From positions 3,136,001 to 3,200,000 of the forward strand of contig OZ253564.1 of the NCBI GenBank assembly GCA_965262915.1: DNA of 64,000 nt, written 5' to 3'. The translations under genes were made by a program, and so were the position numbers. Shown one piece after another: positions 33,238 to 42,004 of the stretch. The stretch is from Candidatus Spongiisociaceae bacterium. Lineage in GTDB: Bacteria > Actinomycetota > Acidimicrobiia > Spongiisociales > Spongiisociaceae. Below the pieces are notes generated by a model. The model was not told the origin of the DNA, ran no database searches, and saw only the letters and a program-made list of their open reading frames with translations. Each line of letters begins with the position of its first letter. The stretch's first letter is position 1.

Positions 33238-33333
33238 AGCGGACCGGGGCCGCCGGAAGCCGCGGCGCCTTGCGGCTGGTCAGTTGGAGAGTCCTCCAAG
33301 AAGACAGTGGCAACGGTTGGCCCATCGTCCGCT
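33238..33333 (-). ncRNA. Candidate cis-regulatory structured RNA (riboswitch-like) in the glyA 5' leader
   Basis: Starts 7 nt after TAGAAT (-10, 33341-33346); closed by AGCGGAC/GTCCGCT; inner hairpins TTGGAG-GACT-CTCCAA and GCC-GCAA-GGC. Confidence 0.55.
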
Positions 33334-33388
33334 GAGCAGGATTCTATTCTCGACCGTCGGGCCCGAGGGGGTTCTCGGCACCCTGCTG

Positions 33389-33592
33389 AGAGACTGGTAC
33401 GAATACCGGTTCGTCGGAATCAGCAGCGCTCCGACCGGGGTATCGTGGCTGCAAGACCGCCCAATGCGGGCTTTGACAACACCCTCCGAGGACGGTGGTC
33501 TACAACGGTGGGGAGCAACGGCCCGTCTTCCTCTGAACAGGCATTATGTGATCGGTCGACGGGCCGTGAAGGGGTTTCACACCACCCTCCTA
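33389..33592. repeat. Two stacked ~100-bp inverted-repeat units (family B, ...CACCCTCC ends)
   Basis: Units 33389-33487 and 33490-33590; 33494-33569 matches the reverse complement of 49871-49946 at 71/76 nt. Confidence 0.75.
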
Positions 33593-33704
33593 GCTACGAG
33601 AAGGCACCTACCTGGGCCGATGTCCTTCCGTGCTCCTGCCCTTGGGTGACTACGCCGGCATTATCGCGCCGGCCGGTTCGAATCGCTCGGTGCGGGAAGG
33701 TCGG

Positions 33705-35063
33705 TCAGACGAGGGTGAGGTACTGGTCCACCTCGGCGCGGGTCACCTGGTGATGGTGGTCCAGGAACTCCCGCCGCTTCGTTGCTGCGTAGTAGTCGGA
33801 GTAGGGACCGTCGGGCGTCATCCCCAGCCCCTCACGTAGCACGTCGTTGCCGGCCAGGTTGTCCGCTGCATGCAACAGGGTGGGCGGCAGGGTCTTGATC
33901 CCTCGATCCGCTATCTCTCCGGGCGAGAGGGCGAACAGGTTGGCCGTGTTCGGCTCTCCCGGGTCCATCTGCTTGTCGATACCGTCGAGACCGCAGGACA
34001 GCATGGCGGTGAACAACAAGTAGGGGTTGGCGGCGCCGTCGGGCAGGCGGATTTCGATGCGATCCGGCTCGGGCACCCGGATCATGTGGGTGCGGTTGTT
34101 TCCACCGTAGGCGGCATAGGCCGGGGCCCAGGTTGCACCGGAGGTAGGCGCTCCCACTCCCATGCGCTTGTAGGAGTTGACGATCGGGCACGCGAGGGCG
34201 ACAAGCGCCTCGGCGTGAGCCAGGAGACCGGCGGTGAACTGGTACGCGAGGTCGCTGAGACCCAGGCCCTTGGTGTCGGTGTCGCCGGCTGGGAACAAGG
34301 GTTCGTCGGTGTCCCCGGTCCATAGGCTCATGTGGGCGTGGAGCCCGTTTCCGGTCTTGTCGGCGAAGGGTTTGGGCATGAACGTGGCGTACCGTCCGTC
34401 CCGCTGCGCAATGGTGTGGACCATCAGACGGAACACGATGAGACGGTCGGCGGTGGTCATGGCATCCGAGTACTTCCAGTTCTGTTCGAACTGGCCGTTG
34501 GCGTCCTCGTGGTCGTTGGCGTAGTTCTCCCAACCCATCGTGTTCATATGCTTCGACACTTCGGTCAGATGCGGCAGCATACGGGTCAGCCCCCGCGCGT
34601 CGTAGCAGGGTCGCGGGTCGTTGTCACGCTCGTCGGCGACTCTGATGGTTCCATCGCCGTCTCGCACCACCAGGGAGTATTCGGCTTCGAAGCCGGACTT
34701 GAGGACCAGGTTGCGATCCGCCAACGACTCGAGCGCCTTACGGAGGATCACCCGGGGTGCGTAGGGCCACAGTTCGCCTTCCACCGTGGGGTCGCACTGC
34801 ATGACGGCTACGTTCGGTTGCCACGGCAACTGCGTGTAGGACGCGGGATCCGGTATCGCCAGGATGTCCGGACTGGAAGGGTCCTGACCTATGGGGCCGG
34901 CCGCGAAGCCGGCGAACCCGGCGCCGTCGGCCATCAGACCGTCGAGCGCTTCGACGGGTACGAGCTTGGCACAGGGCTTGCCGTGCATCTCGACGAACAT
35001 GGCGTAGATGAACTCGACGCCATCCGCTTCGATCCTGGACCGGATGTCCTCCACTGAGCCCAT
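33705..35063 (-). CDS. glnT: Type III glutamine synthetase-like gamma-glutamylmethylamide synthetase (GmaS)
   Basis: 'CAKLVP..GAGFAGFA', 'NDHEDANGQFE', 'ATFMPKPF', 'SGATWAP..YGGNNRTHMIR'; RBS GAGGAGG; adjacent to mgs genes. Confidence 0.92.
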   Translation of the reverse strand: MGSVEDIRSRIEADGVEFIYAMFVEMHGKPCAKLVPVEALDGLMADGAGFAGFAAGPIGQDPSSPDILAIPDPASYTQLPWQPNVAVMQCDPTVEGELWPYAPRVILRKALESLADRNLVLKSGFEAEYSLVVRDGDGTIRVADERDNDPRPCYDARGLTRMLPHLTEVSKHMNTMGWENYANDHEDANGQFEQNWKYSDAMTTADRLIVFRLMVHTIAQRDGRYATFMPKPFADKTGNGLHAHMSLWTGDTDEPLFPAGDTDTKGLGLSDLAYQFTAGLLAHAEALVALACPIVNSYKRMGVGAPTSGATWAPAYAAYGGNNRTHMIRVPEPDRIEIRLPDGAANPYLLFTAMLSCGLDGIDKQMDPGEPNTANLFALSPGEIADRGIKTLPPTLLHAADNLAGNDVLREGLGMTPDGPYSDYYAATKRREFLDHHHQVTRAEVDQYLTLV

Positions 35064-35147
35064 GTCAAACCTCCTCGTGCAGCGTCCCAGCAATTGATTT
35101 CGGCGGCAACGGGTGTCCGGCAACGACTGCTGGGAAACGGGCTTAAC

Positions 35148-35219
35148 CGGTGGTCTACATGCAAGACGACCTGCCTTGCCCTGCTTGCCGGCGACGCCAT
35201 TTCACAGGCAGACCACTAG
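35148..35219. repeat. Miniature inverted-repeat element family A, copy 1
   Basis: GTGGTCT...CGACGCCATTTCACAGGCAGACCACTAG; homologous to the copies at 41934, 47647 and 55399. Confidence 0.85.
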
Positions 35220-35278
35220 TAGTGTTCGAGAGTACATTAGCCCCGCAGTCCCCGAGCCAATCTGATGAGGAGGGCACC

Positions 35279-36178
35279 ATGTGCGGAATCGTGGGCCTGT
35301 TTCTCAAAACCGAGAGGTTCCAATCACAACTCGGAGAGCTCACCGCCGACATGCTGCACGAGATGCGCGATCGCGGTCCGGACAGCGCCGGGTTTGCGAT
35401 CTACAACCGGGGCCGAGCCGACCTGACTCGCATAACCGTGCTGGCGGAAGGACGCAGGCCTGACTGGGGTGAGACCGCTGCCGATCTCGAAACCGTCCTC
35501 GGCGCCGAGGTTTCGGTCCGGCCGATCCGGGATCACGCGGTGCTCGAGACCAGAGGCGACGGCAGCCGGGCCCGCCAATGGTTCATCGACAACGCACCCG
35601 AGGTCGAGGTCCTCAGCTACGGGTCCCAGATGGAGATTTACAAGGCGGTCGGCGATCCCGATCTGGTGGCGATCAACTACGACCTCCGCTCCCGTTCCGG
35701 AACCCACGCCCTCGCCCACACGCGGATGGCTACCGAGTCGGCGGTCACGACCAACGGGTCCCACCCCTTCGCTACCGGCGCCGACACCTGCCTCGTGCAC
35801 AACGGTTCCCTGTCGAACTACAACCACCTCCGGAGCCGGCTAGAGCGCCAGGGCGAGCTCTTCCAGACGGAGAACGACTCCGAAGTGGCCGCCGGCTACC
35901 TGGCGTGGCGCCTCCGGGAAGGCGACAGCATCGAGGAAGCTCTCGAACGCGCCCTGGTGGCGCTCGACGGGTTCTTCACGTTCGCGATCGGAATCGAGGA
36001 CGGCTTCGCCATCCTGCGGGATCCCATCGCCTGCAAGCCGGCGATCGTCGCCGAGACCGACGACTGGGTGGCCATGTCATCGGAGTACCGGGCAATCACC
36101 CACCTGCCCGATTCCGGCCACGCCACCGTGTGGGAACCGGCGCCGGGCGTCATCTACACCTGGTCCCGCGCTGCGTGA
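35279..36178 (+). CDS. glxB: N-methylglutamate synthase subunit A (class II glutamine amidotransferase; MgsA/GlxB)
   Basis: N-terminal MCGIVG, 'DRGPDSAG', 'HTRMATESAV', 'VHNGSLSN', 'NDSEV'. Confidence 0.9.
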   Translation: MCGIVGLFLKTERFQSQLGELTADMLHEMRDRGPDSAGFAIYNRGRADLTRITVLAEGRRPDWGETAADLETVLGAEVSVRPIRDHAVLETRGDGSRARQWFIDNAPEVEVLSYGSQMEIYKAVGDPDLVAINYDLRSRSGTHALAHTRMATESAVTTNGSHPFATGADTCLVHNGSLSNYNHLRSRLERQGELFQTENDSEVAAGYLAWRLREGDSIEEALERALVALDGFFTFAIGIEDGFAILRDPIACKPAIVAETDDWVAMSSEYRAITHLPDSGHATVWEPAPGVIYTWSRAA

Positions 36179-36882
36179 GCAGAACGCATCCGATCACCAC
36201 TATCGATCTGGTTGAGACGCCGCTTCGCGACCTCAACCAGATGCTCCACCAAGCCGAACGAGGCTCCTTCCGGGTACTGAACCCTCGCGGGGCACACAGC
36301 GTGGCATGCGGTATCGACGCCGACATCGGCGTGGAGATCCGTGGCTCGGTCGGCTACTACTGCTCAGGTATGCACCAGAAGGGATCGGTATACGTCGACG
36401 GGAACGCCAGCACCGGGCTGGCCGAGAACATCATGTCGGGAACGGTGCACATCGCAGGGAGCGCAACCATGTCAGCCGGGGCCACCGGCCACGGAGGACT
36501 GGTGGTGATCGAGGGAAATGCCGGTGCCCGGTGCGGGATCTCGATGAAGGGAGTCGACATCGTGGTGGGGGGCAATGTCGGACACATGAGCGCTTTCATG
36601 GCCCAGGCAGGGAATCTGGTCGTGCTGGGTAACGCCGGCGCCGATCTCGGTGACTCCGTCTACGAGGCCAACCTCTACGTGCGTGGTGATGTGGAGAGCC
36701 TCGGCGCGGATGCGATCCGAAAGGACCTGCGGTCCGAACATGTCCTGACCCTCGCCGGGCTGCTCGACGCCGCCGGGATGAAGGCCGACCCGAAGGATTT
36801 CAGGCGCTACGGATCGGGTCGGAACCTCTACAACTTCCACATCGACGACGTTGACGCGGAACTGGCGGGGAGAGCCGAATGA
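36175..36882 (+). CDS. glxC: N-methylglutamate synthase subunit B (GXGXG domain; MgsB/GlxC)
   Basis: 'GSVGYYC', 'AENIMSG', 'ARCGISMKG', 'GHMSAFMAQAG', 'YGSGRNLYNF'; GTGA overlap with the upstream gene. Confidence 0.9.
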   Translation: MSRTHPITTIDLVETPLRDLNQMLHQAERGSFRVLNPRGAHSVACGIDADIGVEIRGSVGYYCSGMHQKGSVYVDGNASTGLAENIMSGTVHIAGSATMSAGATGHGGLVVIEGNAGARCGISMKGVDIVVGGNVGHMSAFMAQAGNLVVLGNAGADLGDSVYEANLYVRGDVESLGADAIRKDLRSEHVLTLAGLLDAAGMKADPKDFRRYGSGRNLYNFHIDDVDAELAGRAE

Positions 36883-38213
36883 ATCCCACCGGCGACAACT
36901 GGCACTTGCGGGAGTCATACACGTTCGACCGGCATGTGATCGCCGAGATCCACCGGGCGGCCAACACCGGCGTCTACCGGATCCGGGGCTGGGGGGCAAA
37001 GCGGAAGCTTCCGACCCTCGACGATCTGGTGTTCCTGGGAGCGTCGATGTCGCGCTACCCCCTCGAGGGTTATCGCGAGTCATGTGGAACCGATCTCGTC
37101 ATCGGGGCGGAGCGAGCGGCTAGACCCCTCGCGCTGGAAATACCGGTGACCATCGCCGGTATGAGTTTCGGCTCGCTGTCCAGCCAGGCTAAGCAGGCGC
37201 TGGGCCGGGGGGCCAGCGCGATGGGAACGTCGACGACCAGCGGGGACGGCGGGATGCTTCCGGAGGAGCGCGAGCATTCCTCCAAGCTCGTCTACCAGTA
37301 CCTTCCGTCACGCTACGGCCAGAACCCCGACGATCTTCGCTTGGCCGACGCGATAGAGGTGGTGGTGGGGCAGGGAGCGAAGCCCGGCGGGGGCGGCATG
37401 CTCCTCGGGCAAAAGGTCAGCGAGCGGGTGGCGGAGATGCGCACGCTGCCCGCCGGCATCGACCAACGATCAGCCTGCCGCCACCCCGACTGGACCGGTC
37501 CCGACGACCTGCAGATCAAGATCCACGAGCTGCGCGAGATCGTCGACTGGGAAGTTCCGATCTTCGTCAAGATCGGCGCGGCCCGACCCTTCTACGACAC
37601 TGCCCTGGCCGTGAAGGCCGGCGCCGACGCGGTGGTCGTCGACGGCATGCAGGGCGGCACGGCCGCCACGCAGGACGTGTTCATCGAGCATGTGGGGATT
37701 CCCACCATCGCCGCCATACCGGAGGCTGCCCGGGCACTCCAGGACCTCGACGTGCATCGCCGCTCGGTCAAGCTGATCGCTTCGGGGGGTATCCGATCCG
37801 GCGCGGACGTGGCCAAGGCCCTGGCGCTGGGGGCTGATGCCGTCTCGATCGGCACCGCGGCGCTGATCGCCATCGGTGACAATGACCCCGCCTACGACGA
37901 GGAGTACCGCAGGCTGGGCTCGGCAGCCGGGTTCTGGGACGACCTGCAGGACGGGACGGACCCGGCCGGCATCGCCACCCAGGATCCGCGGCTGACGTCG
38001 CGCCTCGATCCGGTGATCGCCGGGCGCCGTCTGGCCAACTACCTGCAGGTGCTGACCTTGGAGACCCAGACCATCGCCCGGGCCTGCGGGAAGTCGCATA
38101 TCGTCAATCTCGAACCGGAGGATCTCGCGGCTCTGACGCTGGAGGCAGCCGCCATGGCCCAGGTACCGGTTGCCGGCACCGACTGGATTCCCGGAGCCAG
38201 ACGCAGGCGGTAA
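36879..38213 (+). CDS. glxD: N-methylglutamate synthase subunit C (FMN-binding glutamate synthase family; MgsC/GlxD)
   Basis: 'SRYPLEGYRE', 'AGMSFG', 'GQGAKPGGGGMLLG', 'RHPDWTGPDDL', 'DGMQGGT'. Confidence 0.92.
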   Translation: MNPTGDNWHLRESYTFDRHVIAEIHRAANTGVYRIRGWGAKRKLPTLDDLVFLGASMSRYPLEGYRESCGTDLVIGAERAARPLALEIPVTIAGMSFGSLSSQAKQALGRGASAMGTSTTSGDGGMLPEEREHSSKLVYQYLPSRYGQNPDDLRLADAIEVVVGQGAKPGGGGMLLGQKVSERVAEMRTLPAGIDQRSACRHPDWTGPDDLQIKIHELREIVDWEVPIFVKIGAARPFYDTALAVKAGADAVVVDGMQGGTAATQDVFIEHVGIPTIAAIPEAARALQDLDVHRRSVKLIASGGIRSGADVAKALALGADAVSIGTAALIAIGDNDPAYDEEYRRLGSAAGFWDDLQDGTDPAGIATQDPRLTSRLDPVIAGRRLANYLQVLTLETQTIARACGKSHIVNLEPEDLAALTLEAAAMAQVPVAGTDWIPGARRRR

Positions 38214-38217
38214 GCGC

Positions 38218-38817
38218 TCAGGCGGCCGGGTCCGTCAAGGGACTGATGCCGAATTCCTGACCGGCGTCGAGGATTACACCGAACAGGTACTGGCCGAACG
38301 ACCGGTCGCAGGAGATCAGGTAGGAGCGAGTGCCATCGAGGTCGTTGCGAACGATGTCGCAGGTCACCCTGGCCAACGATGCCGATACGGCGGCGCCGTG
38401 AGGCGTCATATCGTCGTGCCAATCGAGGCTGCACAGCTTCTCCAGCACCGAGGCGCCCTCGGCGCCGGTCAACCGGAACAGGGCCCGGCTGTGGGTGCCG
38501 TCGATCACGCTTACGTGGCCGGACCGATCCAGGCTGCCAACCAGGACGTGAATGGCGGATTCCGGACCTAGGAGGATCCACTCGTCCGGGCGCTGGCCGA
38601 CGATGAGCACACCGTCCTCGGTCCGGCTGGTACCGAAGGGGGCGGACATCTGGAGGCAGGCTTTCGTTTCGCGTCCTGCCCTCACGATGGCCTTCGTGGT
38701 CGAAGAGATGTCACGGAGAGCCGGCCGCACGTCGGGTCGGCCAGGCTCCATCGGTGTACCCGCATAGGACACATAAGTCCTGCTCACAGGACTCTCGAAG
38801 GCGGGGGGATCACCCAC
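38218..38817 (-). CDS. soxG: Sarcosine oxidase gamma-like subunit (MgdD-like)
   Basis: 'RPDEW', 'LTG..ASVLEKLCSLD', 'DRSFGQYL'; last gene of the soxBDAG-type operon. Confidence 0.85.
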   Translation of the reverse strand: MGDPPAFESPVSRTYVSYAGTPMEPGRPDVRPALRDISSTTKAIVRAGRETKACLQMSAPFGTSRTEDGVLIVGQRPDEWILLGPESAIHVLVGSLDRSGHVSVIDGTHSRALFRLTGAEGASVLEKLCSLDWHDDMTPHGAAVSASLARVTCDIVRNDLDGTRSYLISCDRSFGQYLFGVILDAGQEFGISPLTDPAA

Positions 38818-41653
38818 GGACTCTCTCTCCCTCCGGATCGAAGTGGGCGTGGTGTTCCATGACCCGAGCCGTGATACGACGGCCGTCGGTCATGACGACC
38901 GTCAGTTCCGAACCCGGGGTCGAAGCCTCAGGCAGCACCTGACCCAGGCAGATCGAGCGGTCGAGCGTCGGCGACATGCGCGAGGAGGTGATCCGCCCGA
39001 TGATCTCGTTGGTGCCGGGCCTCACGATCTGGCTGGCTTCGTCCGGCACGATCAGGGGGTCCGAGGGCTGGATGGCCACCAGGATCGGCGCCGACGTGTC
39101 GTCCAGGGCCCAGGCAAGCTCGGGCTTGCCGGCGAAATCGTGCTTGTCCAGTTTGACGAGGTGCTGCAGTCCCGTGGTAGGTACCTTGGTGAGACCGTCC
39201 GTATCCTGTCCCACGATGAAATGGCCCTTCTCGAGCCGCATGATCCGCTGGCACTCCACGGCGAACGGCCTGATACCGAGATCCTTGCCTGCTTCTAGCA
39301 GCGCCTCCCATACGTGGAGGCCGTAGCCGGCCGGAACGTGGAGCTCGAAGGACAGTTCCCCCGTGAACCCGATACGCCACATGAAGCAGTTCCGGATACC
39401 GGCGATCGTGCCGGTCCGCACCTGCATGTACCTGAAGGATTCGGGGTCGAGGTCCACGCCTTCCACGAGCCGGCGCATGAGAGTCCGTGCCTTGGGACCT
39501 GCCACGTTGATGCTGGTGAACCCACTGGTCACCGGGGTGATATGCACCCGCCAGTCGGGATGCTCGGTCTGGAGCCAGTTCTCGGCCCATTCCCACACCG
39601 TTGCGGCGCCTGAACTGGTGGTGGTCGTCATGTAGTGCTGGTCACCGAGGCGCCCGGTGACCCCGTCGTCGAGGACCACGCCGTCCTCGGTGCACATGAT
39701 GCCGTACCGCACCGATCCGACCGCCAGCTTCATCCACTTGTTGGTGTAGAGATGGCTGAGAAGTTCCGGTACGTCGGGTCCGCGAAGGTCGAGCTTGCCC
39801 AGCGGGGTGACATCCATGAGGCCGACGTTCTGCCTGGTGTTGAGCACCTCGCCGACCGGGTCGCCGTAGTGGTCGGGGCGGATCCATTGGCCGGCCAGCA
39901 TGAACGTGGCGCCACTGGATTCGTGCCAGGGCTGGATCGAGGACACCCGTTCCGGCTCGAACATGCGGCCAGCCAGCGCCCCCAAGGTGATCGGCGCGTA
40001 GGGCGGTCGCCACACCGTGGTACCGACCTCGGAGATGGTCTGTCTCCGAGCCTCGGCCAGCACCGCTACCGTGTTGACGGTTTCCAGCTTGCCCTGGCTC
40101 GGACCCATGGTGGCGGTCGTGTAGCGCTTCAGGAGCTCCACCGAGTCGTACCCCTCCGCCGCGGCACTCACCATGTCTTTGGAACTCACATCTTCGGAGA
40201 AGTCGACGACCCCGTGCGTGGACGACCGGAAGAGGGCCGGATGGGGGTGTCGGGGCAGCGCGGGGCGGGTATCCCCCGGCCACTCGGGCTCGTCTCCGTT
40301 TACGGGAACGGCCCTCGTCGTGGCAGCCTGCAGGCGATGAGCTACGGACCGCGCCCGTGCTGCAGCCAGCCGACCGGTGGCCCGGGCGTGTTCGATGAGT
40401 TGTTCGTGGCTGCCATCGCCGACGATGCCGCCCGTCGCCAGCACGTTGGCGATCGGGACCGACGGGAAGAACCGAGCTGCATCCTGGTCGTAGACAGGTC
40501 GGTCACCCGACATGTTCAGCAACGAGGTGGGTGCTGTCCAACCGGTCGCGGTCACCAGTAGATCGCACTCAAGTTTCCTACCGTCGGCCAGTTCAACACC
40601 CTTGACGGCTTTGGCTCCCCCGCGGGCTGCCACGATGTTCCCGCCTTCGCGGGCATCCACCACCGTCACGTCCACACCGGCCCGGTCCAGGTCGGCGGCG
40701 GCGGCGTCCCCATCGGGGTTGGCCGTGAATACCACCGCGGTGTTGCCCGGTCTCACCGCGTACATGTTCATGAAGCGCCGCACCGCACCCGAGAGCATCA
40801 CTCCCGGCTTGTCGTTGCCGTCGAACACGTAGGGTCGCTCGATCAGACCCGGCGCAACGACCAGAACCTTGGACCGGGCCTTGATGAGCCGCTCGACCGC
40901 GACCGGATGGTTGCGCCCGACGATGGCGGTCCAGTTGTCCTCGTAGCGCCCGGTGACGGTCGAGTCGGTCAGCACCTCTACCCCTGCGGCCACGACTGCG
41001 CCGGTTAGGTCGGCGGCCAGGGCACGGTCGCGGTCATCGGCCCAGAGGAGATGGCCACCCAGACGGCGACCTTGCTCCACCAGCAGCACCCGCGCCCCGG
41101 CCTCGGCGGCCGCGAGGGCGGCGGCCATCCCCGCCGGACCTCCGCCGGCCACCACCACATCCGGGTGGGTATAACGCTTGTCGTGGTACCGGTGCGGCGT
41201 ATCGAGGGCGATTCTCCCTCCGGGTGAGAAGGTAGCCAGCACCTTCTCGTAGGTGGGCCAGAGCCACTGCGGTCGCATGAAGGTCTTGTAGTAGAAACCG
41301 GCTGTCAGCAAGCGCGAGGCCAGCCCGGCAACGGCTCTCAGGTCATGATCGAGCGAAGGCCACACGTTCTGAGCCTCGACCTGCATGCCGGGCTCGATCA
41401 GGCGGTGGGCCGAGCGTACGTTGGGGTCGTCTCCTACCTGGACCAGCCCGTTGGGATCCCAGAAGTCGTTGGTCAGGTAACCCCGCGGACGGCGGTACTT
41501 CATCGACCGGGAAATGACGCGGACGCCACCGGCCACCAGCGCCGAAGCGATCGTGTCGCCCTCGAAACCCGACATCGGCCACCCATTCCACGTGAACTCG
41601 ACGGGGCGGGACCGGTCGATCACCTCACCGGACTGGAGGGGAAGGCGACTCAC
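38810..41653 (-). CDS. soxA: Sarcosine oxidase alpha-like subunit (MgdC-like; NAD-binding plus GcvT folate domain)
   Basis: 'GDTIASAL', 'GFYYKTF', GGGPAG, 'LLKRYTT..MGPSQGK', 'DDGV', 'FTGELSFE', 'RLEKG'; GTG 41653 overlaps the soxD stop. Confidence 0.93.
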   Translation of the reverse strand: MSRLPLQSGEVIDRSRPVEFTWNGWPMSGFEGDTIASALVAGGVRVISRSMKYRRPRGYLTNDFWDPNGLVQVGDDPNVRSAHRLIEPGMQVEAQNVWPSLDHDLRAVAGLASRLLTAGFYYKTFMRPQWLWPTYEKVLATFSPGGRIALDTPHRYHDKRYTHPDVVVAGGGPAGMAAALAAAEAGARVLLVEQGRRLGGHLLWADDRDRALAADLTGAVVAAGVEVLTDSTVTGRYEDNWTAIVGRNHPVAVERLIKARSKVLVVAPGLIERPYVFDGNDKPGVMLSGAVRRFMNMYAVRPGNTAVVFTANPDGDAAAADLDRAGVDVTVVDAREGGNIVAARGGAKAVKGVELADGRKLECDLLVTATGWTAPTSLLNMSGDRPVYDQDAARFFPSVPIANVLATGGIVGDGSHEQLIEHARATGRLAAARARSVAHRLQAATTRAVPVNGDEPEWPGDTRPALPRHPHPALFRSSTHGVVDFSEDVSSKDMVSAAAEGYDSVELLKRYTTATMGPSQGKLETVNTVAVLAEARRQTISEVGTTVWRPPYAPITLGALAGRMFEPERVSSIQPWHESSGATFMLAGQWIRPDHYGDPVGEVLNTRQNVGLMDVTPLGKLDLRGPDVPELLSHLYTNKWMKLAVGSVRYGIMCTEDGVVLDDGVTGRLGDQHYMTTTTSSGAATVWEWAENWLQTEHPDWRVHITPVTSGFTSINVAGPKARTLMRRLVEGVDLDPESFRYMQVRTGTIAGIRNCFMWRIGFTGELSFELHVPAGYGLHVWEALLEAGKDLGIRPFAVECQRIMRLEKGHFIVGQDTDGLTKVPTTGLQHLVKLDKHDFAGKPELAWALDDTSAPILVAIQPSDPLIVPDEASQIVRPGTNEIIGRITSSRMSPTLDRSICLGQVLPEASTPGSELTVVMTDGRRITARVMEHHAHFDPEGERVRG

Positions 41654-41922
41654 GGCCTCTTCCCGATCTTGGTTCCGGGTATCGGGGGGTTGGTGAACTC
41701 GTTGGTGACGGTGTCGCGCTCGAGCACGAAGTACCGGCGACAGCCGGAGCGGCAGTACCAGGTCTCGCGAAGGAGCCCCGCCGGGTTGGCTCTCTCGTAC
41801 AGGTAGCCTCGCCACTCGCTCGCCGTGGCCGAGTTGGGATCGGGTCTGGGGCGGGACTCGCCGACGTATCGCAGGTCGGAAGCGTTCCGGGGACCGCAGT
41901 TGGGGCAGGGAACGATCAGCAA
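41650..41922 (-). CDS. soxD: Sarcosine oxidase delta-like subunit (MgdB-like, Zn-binding)
   Basis: 'CPNCGPR', 'W..YLY.R.NPAG...E.W....GCRRYF...RDTVTN'. Confidence 0.92.
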   Translation of the reverse strand: MLIVPCPNCGPRNASDLRYVGESRPRPDPNSATASEWRGYLYERANPAGLLRETWYCRSGCRRYFVLERDTVTNEFTNPPIPGTKIGKRP

Positions 41923-41933
41923 GGTATCCCCCC

Positions 41934-42004
41934 AGTGGTCTGTCTGTGAAATGGCGTCGCTGGCAAGTAGGGCACGACAAGTTGTTTCACAGGCAGACCA
42001 CTAG
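41934..42004. repeat. Miniature inverted-repeat element family A, copy 2
   Basis: AGTGGTCTGTCTGTGAAA...TTTCACAGGCAGACCACT, 18-bp arms with one mismatch; its end overlaps the soxB TAG. Confidence 0.9.

Noticed and set aside
33238-33333. Calling the glyA leader a ZTP, glycine or THF riboswitch
   Set aside because: The conserved sequence blocks of those families are not visible, so it is left as an unassigned candidate.
33389-33592. Repeat-spacer-like stacks as a CRISPR array or integron cassette array
   Set aside because: Only 2-3 units per locus, termini are short inverted repeats rather than 23-47-bp direct repeats, and there are no cas genes, integrase or attC GTTRRRY cores.
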